The position numbers and the translations under genes were made by a program. From a virus (taxonomy: Duplodnaviria; Heunggongvirae; Uroviricota; Caudoviricetes), in the IMG/VR virus record IMGVR_UViG_2654587509_000002: DNA of 20,421 nt; one strand, given 5' to 3'. Of the stretch, positions 1 to 9,492 are shown piece by piece (the first letter of the stretch is position 1; each line of letters begins with the position of its first letter). The notes under the pieces were generated by a model. The model did not search any database. It saw nothing but the letters and a program-made list of their open reading frames with translations, and had not been told where the DNA came from.

Positions 1-59
1 GTCATCCTGTTTACCTCTTTCTCAGGGAGTTTAGTCTCCAGGATTCCCGGGGCGGTTCA
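1..59 (-). mobile_element. IS629 (IS3 family) left terminus; body of the element lies upstream of the window, inverted relative to the copy at 9112
   Basis: Bases 1-60 are the exact reverse complement of 9111-9170 (IRL TGAACCGCCCCGGGAATCC... through the orfA start). Confidence 0.85.
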
Positions 60-302
60 GTATTTCCCCGATACCTTGTGTGCAAATTGCATCAGATAGT
101 TGATAGCCTTTTGTTTGTCGTTCTGGCTGAGTTCGTGCTTACCACAGAATGCAGCCATTCCGAATCCGGCTTGTGATTGCGCCATCCCCATAGCAGCCAT
201 CACATCAGTACCGGAAAGAGAGTCAGAAGCCGTAGCCCGTGGTGAGTCGCTCATCATCGGGCTTTTTGGCGAATGAAATTTAGCTACGCTTTCGAGTCTC
301 AT
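57..302 (-). pseudogene. Q: Late antiterminator Q, N-terminal 81 codons only, truncated at the IS629 junction
   Basis: Translation [28 protein letters not shown]...KVSGKY matches the lambda Q N-terminus as I recall it; the frame runs into the IS terminus and stops at TGA 57-59. Full-length Q is about 207 aa. Confidence 0.85.
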
Positions 303-964
303 GCGCCTTCTCCCTGTACCTGAATCAATGTGAGGTTTCCGCAGAACACTGCGCCGGTATCGATATACATCTGGTTGGCAAACTTGAGTGGTTTCACTGC
401 TGGCGTATGACCAAAGATGAACGTGTCCGCACCTTTGATTTCTTTCACGATCCCGTCTTGTGAGTTGCTGATTCGTTCGCGGTTCCAGATTACCTGCTGA
501 TGATCAACTGGTTTTCCAAACTCGTATTCGTCACAAGGATAATCGGCGTGGCAGATGACATATTTTTTATCTTTGCTCACCAGTTCGATGATTAACGGAA
601 GTTCATCTGCTTTATGGGCAAGAGCTTTAGCCAGAATTTCTTTGTCGTAATCGAGATTAAAGAACCATCCACCGCCATTAAGCAGCCAGTGATTAACGTT
701 TCCACGCTCTGATAAGCCATCAATCATCATTTGCTCATGGTTTCCACGTACAGCTCTGAACCAGGGGAATGTGATTAATTCCAGGCATTCGACGTTCTCT
801 GCACCACGATCAACCAAATCGCCCACCGAGATAAGCAGGTCTTTTTTGTTGTCGAATCCAATCGTATCCAGTTTGTTCATCAGGTTCGTGTAGCATCCGT
901 GCAGATCGCCAACTACCCAAATATTTCGGTATTTGCTGCCATCAATTTTTTCGTAATAGCGCAT
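299..964 (-). CDS. ninI: Ser/Thr protein phosphatase (lambda NinI / orf221 type)
   Basis: 221 aa from [24 protein letters not shown] with GDLVDRG and GNHE metallophosphatase motifs; the 246-aa ORF is trimmed to the internal ATG at 964. Confidence 0.9.
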   Translation of the reverse strand: MRYYEKIDGSKYRNIWVVGDLHGCYTNLMNKLDTIGFDNKKDLLISVGDLVDRGAENVECLELITFPWFRAVRGNHEQMMIDGLSERGNVNHWLLNGGGWFFNLDYDKEILAKALAHKADELPLIIELVSKDKKYVICHADYPCDEYEFGKPVDHQQVIWNRERISNSQDGIVKEIKGADTFIFGHTPAVKPLKFANQMYIDTGAVFCGNLTLIQVQGEGA

Positions 965-1148
965 CTCTTTCACTCCATCCGCGATGAACCATAAGAACAT
1001 CGTTGACGATGGCGTGCATTTTCCCGTCTTTATCATCAACGTATTTTCTGACCGTACCGCGACTACATTTCAGTCTGCGTGCTACTTCTGTCTGGTTTCC
1101 GTATGCTTCAACGAGCATGTCTGGAATGGTTTTTACTGAGAACGTCAT
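942..1148 (-). CDS. ninH: NinH
   Basis: 68 aa [33 protein letters not shown]..., matching lambda NinH in length and sequence as recalled; overlaps the ninI start. Confidence 0.85.
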   Translation of the reverse strand: MTFSVKTIPDMLVEAYGNQTEVARRLKCSRGTVRKYVDDKDGKMHAIVNDVLMVHRGWSERDALLRKN

Positions 1149-1756
1149 GCGGCCTCACTTCTGCTATTTCGCAGGTCTTTGAGTTTCTGTTGGTACTCTG
1201 CCTTGATCGCCTTGCACTCTTCGACAGTCCAGCGATGGCGGCTATGGTTTGATTCGATTTCGTCTACTGCTTCCTGCCCGATGCGGTTAATCAGTTCGAC
1301 GCGATACGGAACGAGATTTCCGCTTTTGTGCTGGTTGCACACCACGCATTGCTTGTGAATATTGCGTTCATCAAATCGGAGTTGAGGTGCCGCAGCAGTT
1401 GTCCGGTAATGTCCGGCATCCCACTGAGCAGACGTGAGCGTTCCGCACGAGATACATGGTAAGTCGCGGTCTCTTTCTCTGATGAAGGCGTTTACAGCTT
1501 GTTGGGCTTGTTTAATCCAGTAACTGCGGGGCTTTAAGGCGAGTTTTCGAATCTTCAGTTTATCTTTCTGTTTCTGCTCCTCTCGTCGTCGTTTCTTCTC
1601 TGCTGCTTTTTCCGCTTTTTCGCGTTCTTTGCTTCGTCGTTCCAGTGCTATCTTTGTTCCACACTCTGGAGAGCACCACCACTGATTAGCGAATGCAGGG
1701 TGAAACCATTCCCGACATTCTTCGTTTTTACATCGTCTTCGCGCTTGTTTAGCCAT
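1145..1756 (-). CDS. ninG: NinG (Rap) recombination endonuclease
   Basis: 203 aa; Cys-rich N-terminus (CKNEEC...CSPEC) and a basic coiled region; length and position as in lambda ninG. Confidence 0.85.
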   Translation of the reverse strand: MAKQARRRCKNEECREWFHPAFANQWWCSPECGTKIALERRSKEREKAEKAAEKKRRREEQKQKDKLKIRKLALKPRSYWIKQAQQAVNAFIRERDRDLPCISCGTLTSAQWDAGHYRTTAAAPQLRFDERNIHKQCVVCNQHKSGNLVPYRVELINRIGQEAVDEIESNHSRHRWTVEECKAIKAEYQQKLKDLRNSRSEAA

Positions 1757-2025
1757 TATGGTTCGCTCCAGTAATTCTCAATTGCAGCAGCCATTCTCTG
1801 CATCCACTCTGCCAGCTTTAACGCGGCTTCTCTTTCAGAACCACATTTAGGGAAATCCTTCATTTCCATGCTGGCCTTATATGTTCTGAATGCCAGGTCT
1901 CCGGTAATAACCAGCTCCTGATCAAGCACCGAGCGTTTATTCCGGTGTTGAACGTAATAGACAGATTCAGTCCGCATTTCTTCTCTGTCTTTTTTGAAGG
2001 AAATAAGCTCAGAGAAATCACTCAT
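1756..2025 (-). CDS. Hypothetical protein, 89 aa, nin region
   Basis: Intact ORF filling the gap between ninF and ninG with 1-nt and 8-nt overlaps to its neighbours; no counterpart recalled in lambda. Confidence 0.5.
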   Translation of the reverse strand: MSDFSELISFKKDREEMRTESVYYVQHRNKRSVLDQELVITGDLAFRTYKASMEMKDFPKCGSEREAALKLAEWMQRMAAAIENYWSEP

Positions 2026-2194
2026 CGTCTTCTTCCTCGTACATTGAGCTATTCGGATCGCTCATCAGTTCTGCGCAGCAGTGCTCACACACATGAACTT
2101 CCAGCACATGCAGCTTCTGACCGCAGTTAGCGCACGTTAAAGCCCGCTCGACGCTTTCTTTCTGGTATTGAAGAGATTGGGATGGGCTAAGCAT
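2018..2194 (-). CDS. ninF: NinF-like small zinc-finger protein
   Basis: Hand translation from ATG at 2194: [44 protein letters not shown]..., 58 aa with a CxxC...CxxC motif; below the 60-aa ORF-track cutoff. Confidence 0.7.
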   Translation of the reverse strand: MLSPSQSLQYQKESVERALTCANCGQKLHVLEVHVCEHCCAELMSDPNSSMYEEEDDE

Positions 2195-2546
2195 TATTGG
2201 CGTCCTGCATCATGAGAAAGACAATCATGGCGGCGCGGAGGGAATTTTCATGTATAGCTCGCTTAGATTTACAGTCGGCCACACCACGTGCACCCCACTC
2301 GTCTTCATCGAGATTGATGATGCTAATCCTGTACTTCTCAATAATCGGCCATGAGGCGCTAGGATCATTGCAGTAGTCAGGCAAAGGGTTTAATGGCTCA
2401 AAAGTTGTATCAGCATTTCCGTAATACCATTTGTTGGTGTTATTCCCTGATGTTTCCGGTTTACATGCCCAAAGGCCTTTAAAAATTATGTCTCCTACCA
2501 TTCTGTTAATTTCAAAATCACTTAACTGTGAATAATCCATTGTCAT
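2187..2546 (-). CDS. Hypothetical protein, 119 aa, nin region
   Basis: ORF with ATGA overlap to the ninE stop (start [15 protein letters not shown]...); no confident family assignment. Confidence 0.5.
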   Translation of the reverse strand: MTMDYSQLSDFEINRMVGDIIFKGLWACKPETSGNNTNKWYYGNADTTFEPLNPLPDYCNDPSASWPIIEKYRISIINLDEDEWGARGVADCKSKRAIHENSLRAAMIVFLMMQDANNA

Positions 2547-2719
2547 TTCCTCGCACGATGTCTTAGCCACCGGATATCCCACAGGTGAGCCGTGTAATTG
2601 AAGGTTTTTACGTCAGATTCTTTTGGGATTGGCTTGCGTTTATTTCTGGAGCGTTTCGTTGGAAGGTATTTGCAGTTTTCGCAGATGATGTCGGTGATAC
2701 TTCGTCGCTGTCGTCTCAT
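2543..2719 (-). CDS. ninE: NinE
   Basis: 58 aa [58 protein letters not shown], recalled as lambda NinE; internal start within the 88-aa ORF. Confidence 0.75.
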   Translation of the reverse strand: MRRQRRSITDIICENCKYLPTKRSRNKRKPIPKESDVKTFNYTAHLWDIRWLRHRARK

Positions 2720-3243
2720 GCCGCCCTCCTGACGCCCTGCCCGATCGCCATCAATGCCGCTTTGGATACGGTAGTAAACATCCGTCGAGGACTGATGAAC
2801 GGTCGCCAAATCAGCAGCATGGAACCTTTGCTGTTTCCCTTCTTCTCCAGCCCTGTCGATGGTTCGATAAAATTAATCCGTCCATCAGTGATAATACGAA
2901 CTTCGTCAACACTCTCCAGAGCCTTGCTGAACCATCCGACAGACATATCCTCTGGCACAAGCATCACTACCGTCTGTCGCTGTTGTATGCACTGCTCAGC
3001 GGCTTTTTCCACCCACGGCCTGATATTGCTGTACGGTGGGTTATTCCAGATTGCACCGTGGCTTACCCACTCAGAATTGAGCGCGTCGTCGGCCTCAGTT
3101 AACCAGTGAGCGCACAGAGCATTTTTGTCGCTCGCTGCCGAATCCAGCCAGAATCCAAACTCAATATCCAGTGCATCAAAAAGCCAAAGCGGCGTTTGCC
3201 AGCAGTCCTTGTCGTGTGCTGGCGTATTTGATTTGATAGTCAT
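2716..3243 (-). CDS. Phage Dam-type DNA N6-adenine methyltransferase
   Basis: 175 aa from [31 protein letters not shown]...; NPPY catalytic motif (AIWNNPPYS); occupies the lambda ninC position; ATGA overlap with the ninB stop. Confidence 0.8.
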   Translation of the reverse strand: MTIKSNTPAHDKDCWQTPLWLFDALDIEFGFWLDSAASDKNALCAHWLTEADDALNSEWVSHGAIWNNPPYSNIRPWVEKAAEQCIQQRQTVVMLVPEDMSVGWFSKALESVDEVRIITDGRINFIEPSTGLEKKGNSKGSMLLIWRPFISPRRMFTTVSKAALMAIGQGVRRAA

Positions 3244-3680
3244 GCAGCCCGATCTCCCCATCTCGCTTTCCACTCCAGAGCCAGTCTCGCTTCGTCTGAC
3301 CACTTAACGCCACGCTCTGTACCGAATGCCTGTATAAGCTCTAATAGCTCCGCAAATTCGCCTACACGCATCCTGCTGGTTGACTGGCCTATTACCACAA
3401 AGCCATTCCCGGCAAGGTTAGGAACAACATCCTGCTGCTTTAATGCTGCGGTAAACACACACTTCCAGCTTTCTGCATCCAGCCAGCGACCATGCCATTC
3501 AACCTGACGAGAGACGTCACCTAAGCAGGCCCATAGCTTCCTATTTTGGTCTAAGCTGCGGTTGCGTTCCTGAATGGTTACTACGATTGGTTTGGTTGGG
3601 TCTGGAAGGATTTGCTGTACTGCGTGAATAGCGTTTTGCTGATGTGCTGGAGATCGAATTTCAAAGGTTAGTTTTTTCAT
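3240..3680 (-). CDS. ninB: NinB (Orf) recombination mediator
   Basis: 146 aa from MKKLTFEIRSPAHQQNAIHAVQQILPDPTKP...; matches lambda NinB as recalled. Confidence 0.9.
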   Translation of the reverse strand: MKKLTFEIRSPAHQQNAIHAVQQILPDPTKPIVVTIQERNRSLDQNRKLWACLGDVSRQVEWHGRWLDAESWKCVFTAALKQQDVVPNLAGNGFVVIGQSTSRMRVGEFAELLELIQAFGTERGVKWSDEARLALEWKARWGDRAA

Positions 3681-3696
3681 GACTTCCCTCTCCCCC

Positions 3697-3727
3697 AAAT
3701 AAAAAGGCCTGCGATTACCAGCAGGCC
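3697..3727 (-). terminator. Rho-independent terminator at the tR2 position, between ren and ninB
   Basis: Minus-strand transcript forms stem GGCCUGC / loop / GCAGGCC (3706-3727) followed by a U-run (plus-strand A-run 3697-3705). Confidence 0.6.
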
Positions 3728-3753
3728 TGTTATTAGCTCAGTAATGTAGATGG

Positions 3754-4044
3754 TCATCTTTTAACTCCATATACCGCCAATACCCGTTTCATCGCGGCAC
3801 TCTGGCGACACTCCTTAAAAATCAGGTTCGTGCTCATCTTTCCTTCCCGTTCTTCCCTGGTAGCAAACCGGTAATACACCGTTCGCCAGACCTTACCTTC
3901 GATAACCAGAAGACCTGCCCGTGCCATTTTAGCCGCGGCCTGATTTATGCTGGTTACTGTTGCGCCTGTTAGCGCGGCAACGTCCGGCGCACAGAAGCTA
4001 TTATGCGTCCCCAGGTAATGAATAATTGCCTCTTTGCCCGTCAT
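3754..4044 (-). CDS. ren: Ren
   Basis: 96 aa MTGKEAIIHYLGTHNSFCAPDVAALTG...; length and sequence as recalled for lambda Ren; directly downstream of P. Confidence 0.85.
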   Translation of the reverse strand: MTGKEAIIHYLGTHNSFCAPDVAALTGATVTSINQAAAKMARAGLLVIEGKVWRTVYYRFATREEREGKMSTNLIFKECRQSAAMKRVLAVYGVKR

Positions 4045-4742
4045 ACACTTGCTCCTTTCAGTCCGAACTTAGCTTTAATTTCTGCGATCTTCGCCAGAGC
4101 CTGTGCACGATTTAGAGGTCTACCGCCCATAACAGGAAGTTGTTTTACTGGTTCAGGTATCGTCTCACCACGGTTAATTCGCGCTGTCATACAGGTCAGT
4201 TCATCGGCAGCCTTGCGCCGTAATTCCGCATCAGTAAGCGCATTGGCCCGCATGTTCTGATACAGGTTGGTAACCAGCCAGTAGTGCGCGTTTGATTTCC
4301 ACGGATAAGACTCCGCATCCGGATACAGGCCTCGCTTCCGGCAATACTCGTAAACCATATCAACCAGCTCGCTGACGTTTGGCAGTCCGGCGATAACGGA
4401 TGCTTCTTCCCGGCACCATGCAACAAACTGCCCGGGTGATGGCAGAAATGGTCGATTCTGCCGACGGGCTACGCGCATTCCTGCGTTAACCTGTTCCATC
4501 GTGGTGATCCCGTTTTCCCGAAAAGCCAGAACCCACTGGCGACGGATTTCGTTCACTTCGTTCTGGTCACGGTTAGCCAGGCTCGCCGGGAAAGTTGCCA
4601 GTAACTGGCTGAACACACCGTTGATGATCTGCGCTACCTGCTGTACCTGCGGCTTTTCGTCGTACTGTTCCGGCATGTTGTTGGCGATCCGACGCATCTG
4701 CTCACGGTCAAAGTTAACCATCTGTGCGGCGATGTTTTTCAT
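4041..4742 (-). CDS. P: Replication protein P (DnaB helicase loader)
   Basis: 233 aa MKNIAAQMVNFDREQMRRIANNMPEQYDEKPQ...; lambda P length; ATGA overlap with O. Confidence 0.95.
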   Translation of the reverse strand: MKNIAAQMVNFDREQMRRIANNMPEQYDEKPQVQQVAQIINGVFSQLLATFPASLANRDQNEVNEIRRQWVLAFRENGITTMEQVNAGMRVARRQNRPFLPSPGQFVAWCREEASVIAGLPNVSELVDMVYEYCRKRGLYPDAESYPWKSNAHYWLVTNLYQNMRANALTDAELRRKAADELTCMTARINRGETIPEPVKQLPVMGGRPLNRAQALAKIAEIKAKFGLKGASV

Positions 4743-5638
4743 AGATCCACCCCGTAAATCCAGTCTGTGTTTGTCAGGTCGAGTTTTGGTTTGCTGGCTG
4801 TCACGACTGCCTGTTGCTTGTTACGGTTGATTTCGAGCTGGGTCCACTTGTCGCGGAGTTTGGCCGGACTAAGCACGTTACCGGACCAGAAGTTGTCCTG
4901 GCATGCCCAGCGGAACAGCACGCACATGTCGCGGTGGTTACGTCCGTCACGTTCACGCATCAGGCGGATATCGTTAGCCCACCCTGCAAAATTCGGTTTT
5001 CTGGCTGATGGCGCGATGGTCTTCACCATGTCAAACATCCACTCTGCGGCGGTCAGGTCTTCTGCTGTCCCCCACTTGCTGCCGCTCTGAATTGCAGCAT
5101 CCGGTTTCACCACAGAAAGATCGTTTTCTGGCTGGTCAGAGGATTCGCCAGAATTCTCTGACGAATAATCTTTTCTTTTTTCTTTTGTAATAGTGTCTTT
5201 TGTGTCCCTCTGTTTTGAGGGATAGCAATCCCCCAATTTGAGGGATGTTTTATCCCTCGTTTTAGGGGATTTTCCCTCGTTTTGAGGGATACACCATTCT
5301 GAGATGTTTTTATTTGGTCCAAACATGCCGCCTTGCTGCTTGATAATATTCATTCTGACGAGTTCTAACTTGGCTTCATTGCACCGTTTGACGGGTAACT
5401 TTGTAATCTCGCTAAGTTGAGAATCGGTGACTCTGTCCATTGGTTTATTCCACCCATAGGTTTTACGCAGAATGGCAAGCAGCACTTTAAACTGTCGCTT
5501 GGTCAGATCTGCGCCCGAATAAGCCTCAAGCAGCATATTTGATAGTCTGGCGTAACCATCATCGAGATCTGCCACATTACGCTCCTGTCCGGCAAAGTTA
5601 CCTCTGCCGAAGTTGAGTATTTTTGCTGTATTTGTCAT
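4739..5638 (-). CDS. O: Replication initiator O
   Basis: 299 aa MTNTAKILNFGRGNFAGQERNVADLDD...; contains the origin iterons internally, as in lambda. Confidence 0.95.
   Translation of the reverse strand: MTNTAKILNFGRGNFAGQERNVADLDDGYARLSNMLLEAYSGADLTKRQFKVLLAILRKTYGWNKPMDRVTDSQLSEITKLPVKRCNEAKLELVRMNIIKQQGGMFGPNKNISEWCIPQNEGKSPKTRDKTSLKLGDCYPSKQRDTKDTITKEKRKDYSSENSGESSDQPENDLSVVKPDAAIQSGSKWGTAEDLTAAEWMFDMVKTIAPSARKPNFAGWANDIRLMRERDGRNHRDMCVLFRWACQDNFWSGNVLSPAKLRDKWTQLEINRNKQQAVVTASKPKLDLTNTDWIYGVDL
5165..5290. repeat. Lambda-type replication origin: four 19-bp iterons plus the adjacent AT-rich tract, inside O
   Basis: Four spaced copies of tccctc-N7-gagggat between about 5206 and 5290 (for example tccctctgttttgagggat, ttccctcgttttgagggat) and the A/T tract ttttcttttttcttttgtaatag at 5166-5192. 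Confidence 0.85.
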
Positions 5639-5670
5639 AATGACTCCTGTTGATAGATCCAGTAATGACC

Positions 5671-5964
5671 TCAGAACTCCATCTGGATTTGTTCAGAACG
5701 CTCGGTTGCCGCCGGGCGTTTTTTATTGGTGAGAATCGCAGCAACTTGTCGCGCCAATCGAGCCATGTCGTCGTCAACGACCCCCCATTCAAGAACAGCA
5801 AGCAGCATTGAGAACTTTGGAATCCAGTCCCTCTTCCACCTGCTGATCTGCGACTTATCAACGCCCACAGCTTCCGCTGTCTTCTCAGTTCCAAGCATTG
5901 CGATTTTGTTAAGCAACGCACTCTCGATTCGTAGAGCCTCGTTGCGTTTGTTTGCACGAACCAT
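5671..5964 (-). CDS. cII: Transcriptional activator cII
   Basis: 97 aa MVRANKRNEALRIESALLNKIAMLGTEKTAEAVGVDKSQISRWKRDWIPKF...; internal start of the 117-aa ORF. Confidence 0.95.
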   Translation of the reverse strand: MVRANKRNEALRIESALLNKIAMLGTEKTAEAVGVDKSQISRWKRDWIPKFSMLLAVLEWGVVDDDMARLARQVAAILTNKKRPAATERSEQIQMEF

Positions 5965-6043
5965 ATGTAAGTATTTCCTTAGATAACAATTGATTGAATG
6001 TATGCAAATAAATGCATACACCATAGGTGTGGTTTAATTTGAT

Positions 6044-6075
6044 GCCCTTTTTCAGGGCTGGGATGTGTAAGAGCG
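6044..6075 (-). promoter_or_regulatory. nutR (boxA and boxB) N-utilisation site
   Basis: On the minus strand, boxA CGCTCTTAC (plus 6067-6075) precedes the boxB hairpin GCCCTGAAAAAGGGC (plus 6044-6058), between cro and cII. Confidence 0.75.
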
Positions 6076-6083
6076 GGAATATC

Positions 6084-7439
<1,356 letters not shown>

Positions 7440-7489
7440 TCCCCACCTCAATCTCGATAACCAAAAAACAAACTATTTTCCGTTTAAAA

Positions 7490-7558
7490 ACAATGGAGTT
7501 TGTTTTTCATGCCCCTTTTTTACAATATTTCTTGTTTACAACATACAATCTTTCTTGT
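7490..7558. promoter_or_regulatory. Left operator (three 434-type 14-bp sites) with the pL region
   Basis: ACAATGGAGTTTGT (7490-7503), ACAATATTTCTTGT (7522-7535) and ACAATCTTTCTTGT (7545-7558), each ACAA-N6-TTGT, with the same spacing as OR. Confidence 0.75.
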
Positions 7559-7604
7559 AATTTTAAGCCATCAGCAGGACGCACTGACCACCATTGAAGG
7601 TGAT

Positions 7605-7634
7605 GCTCTTAAAAATTAAGCCCTGAAGAAGGGC
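7605..7634 (+). promoter_or_regulatory. nutL (boxA-like and boxB)
   Basis: GCTCTTAAA (7605-7613) followed by the boxB hairpin GCCCTGAAGAAGGGC (7620-7634), upstream of N. Confidence 0.8.
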
Positions 7635-7792
7635 AGCATTCAAAGCAGAAGGCTTTGGGGTGTGTGATACGAAACGAAGCATTGGCCGGAAGTGCGAATC
7701 CGGATTAGCTGCAAATGAGCCAATCGTGGGGTGTTTTCGTTCAGGACTACGACTCACACACACCACCAAAGCTAACTGACAAGAGAATCCAG

Positions 7793-8116
7793 ATGGATGC
7801 ACAAACACGCCGCCGCGAACGTCGCGCAGAGAAACAGGCTCAATGGAAAGTAGCAAATCCCCTGTTGGTTGGGGTAAGCGCAAAACCAGTTAACCGCCCT
7901 ATTCTCTCGCTGAATCGCAAACCGAAATCACGAGTAGAAAGCGCACTGAATCCGATAGACCTTACAGTGCTGGCTGAATACCACGAACAGATTGAAAGCA
8001 ACCTGCAACGTATTGAGCGCAAGAATCAGCGCACATGGTACAGCAAGCCTGGCGAACGCGGCATAACATGCAGTGGACGCCAGAAAATTAAGGGAAAATC
8101 GATTCCTCTTACCTAG
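7793..8116 (+). CDS. N: Antitermination protein N
   Basis: 107 aa MDAQTRRRERRAEKQAQWK...; arginine-rich motif at the N-terminus; lambda N length; the ORF-track 5' extension is rejected. Confidence 0.95.
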   Translation: MDAQTRRRERRAEKQAQWKVANPLLVGVSAKPVNRPILSLNRKPKSRVESALNPIDLTVLAEYHEQIESNLQRIERKNQRTWYSKPGERGITCSGRQKIKGKSIPLT

Positions 8117-8671
8117 TTACTTAGATATTGGCCTTGGCTTTATCTCAATATTATATGGATCATAGCTGGCAACTAATTCAGTCCAGTAAATATCCTCAAT
8201 AGGGAATAATATATGCTTCCCGTTCCATCGGGAAAAAGTTTTGTTCAACACACCAAGCTCAATCAACTCACTAATGTATGGGAATTGTTTTGATGTAACC
8301 ACATACTTCCTGCCTTCATTAAGGGCTGCGCACAAAACCATAGATTGCTCTTCTGTAAGGTTTTGAATTACCGATCGCACTTTATCGTTTTGCATCTTAA
8401 TGCGTTTTCTTAGCTTAAATCGCTTATATTTGGCGCTGGCAATAGCTGATAATCGATGCACATTAATTGCTAGCGAAAATGCAAGAGCAAAGACGAAAAC
8501 ATGCCACACATGAGGAATACCGATTCTCTCATTAACATATTCAGGCCAGTTATCTGGGCTTAAAAGCAGAAGTCCAACCCAGATAACGATCATATACATG
8601 GTTCTCTCCAGAGGTTCATTACTGAACACTCGTCCGAGAATAACGAGTGGATCCATTTCTATACTCATCAA
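8117..8671 (-). CDS. sieB: Superinfection exclusion protein B (SieB)
   Basis: 184 aa MMSIEMDPLVILGRVFSNEPLERTMYMIVIWVGLLLL... with hydrophobic segments; transcribed opposite to N, as in lambda. Confidence 0.8.
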   Translation of the reverse strand: MMSIEMDPLVILGRVFSNEPLERTMYMIVIWVGLLLLSPDNWPEYVNERIGIPHVWHVFVFALAFSLAINVHRLSAIASAKYKRFKLRKRIKMQNDKVRSVIQNLTEEQSMVLCAALNEGRKYVVTSKQFPYISELIELGVLNKTFSRWNGKHILFPIEDIYWTELVASYDPYNIEIKPRPISK

Positions 8672-8795
8672 ACTGTAGGGGTTGTAATAGTTTATCCGAT
8701 TTCTCGCTGTAGGGGTACACGAGAACCACCGAGCCTGATGTGGTTAAAAGACAGGCACAATCTTTACTACCGCAATCCACTATTTAAGGTGATAT

Positions 8796-8882
8796 ATGGA
8801 AGAAGAATTTGAAGAGTTCGAAGAGCATCCGCAGGATGTAATGGAACAGTACCAGGACTATCCGTATGACTACGACTATTGA
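8796..8882 (+). CDS. Small acidic ORF (lambda orf28-like), 28 aa
   Basis: Hand translation MEEEFEEFEEHPQDVMEQYQDYPYDYDY; overlaps the ral start; below the ORF-track size cutoff. Confidence 0.5.
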   Translation: MEEEFEEFEEHPQDVMEQYQDYPYDYDY

Positions 8883-9045
8883 TAAGAATCAATGGTGTGG
8901 ACAATTCAAGCGATGCAATGGATGCAAGCTGCAATCGGAATGCATGGTTAAGCCTGAAGAAATGTTTCCTGTAATAGAAGATGGGAAATATGTCGATAAA
9001 TGGGCAATACGAACGACGGCAATGATTGCCAGAGAACTTGGTTAA
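8866..9045 (+). CDS. ral: Restriction alleviation protein Ral, apparently shortened by 7 residues
   Basis: Hand translation MTTTIDKNQWCGQFKRCNGCKLQSECMVKPEEMFPVIEDGKYVDKWAIRTTAMIARELG then TAA; the in-frame continuation QNNKAA-TGA resembles the lambda Ral C-terminus as recalled. Confidence 0.8.
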   Translation: MTTTIDKNQWCGQFKRCNGCKLQSECMVKPEEMFPVIEDGKYVDKWAIRTTAMIARELG

Positions 9046-9165
9046 CAGAACAACAAAGCTGCCTGATAGTGGCCTTTATTTTTGGCATAAATAACAGAAT
9101 AAACACTGCACTGAACCGCCCCGGGAATCCTGGAGACTAAACTCCCTGAGAAAGAGGTAAACAGG

Positions 9166-9492
9166 ATGACTAAAAATACTCGTTTTTCCCCTGAAGTCCG
9201 TCAACGGGCAGCCCGTATGGTTCTGGAAAGTCAGGGCGAATATGACTCACAATGGGCGACAATTTGTTCCATTGCTCCAAAGATTGGCTGTACGCCGGAG
9301 ACTCTGCGTGTCTGGGTTCGCCAGCATGAGCGGGATACCGGGGGCGGTGATGGAGGGCTCACCACCGCTGAACGTCAGCGTCTGAAAGAGCTGGAGCGTG
9401 AAAATCGTGAACTGCGCCGCAGTAACGATATCCTTCGCCAGGCTTCCGCTTATTTTGCGAAGGCGGAGTTCGACCGCCTCTGGAAAAAATAA
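9166..9492 (+). CDS. IS629 transposase OrfA (HTH and leucine-zipper subunit)
   Basis: 108 aa [55 protein letters not shown]...; ends in an A6 run just before orfB. Confidence 0.9.
   Translation: MTKNTRFSPEVRQRAARMVLESQGEYDSQWATICSIAPKIGCTPETLRVWVRQHERDTGGGDGGLTTAERQRLKELERENRELRRSNDILRQASAYFAKAEFDRLWKK

Noticed and set aside
2585-3109. 174-aa plus-strand ORF
   Set aside because: Lies antisense to the well-supported ninE and methyltransferase genes, has no ribosome-binding site and a low-complexity Ser/Leu-rich translation; treated as a shadow ORF.
5107-5322. 71-aa minus-strand ORF overlapping the origin iterons
   Set aside because: Out of frame within gene O; the repetitive iteron sequence generates the open frame by chance.
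7440-7489. Possible intrinsic terminator downstream of the cI-linked gene
   Set aside because: The complementary segments (caaact...agtttg) would enclose a loop of more than 25 nt, so no convincing hairpin; not called.
7563-7883. 106-aa minus-strand ORF and the 5' extension of the N ORF (7715-7792)
   Set aside because: Both span the pL leader and nutL and are antisense to or upstream of the authentic N start (MDAQTRRRERR at 7793); N is known to start there.
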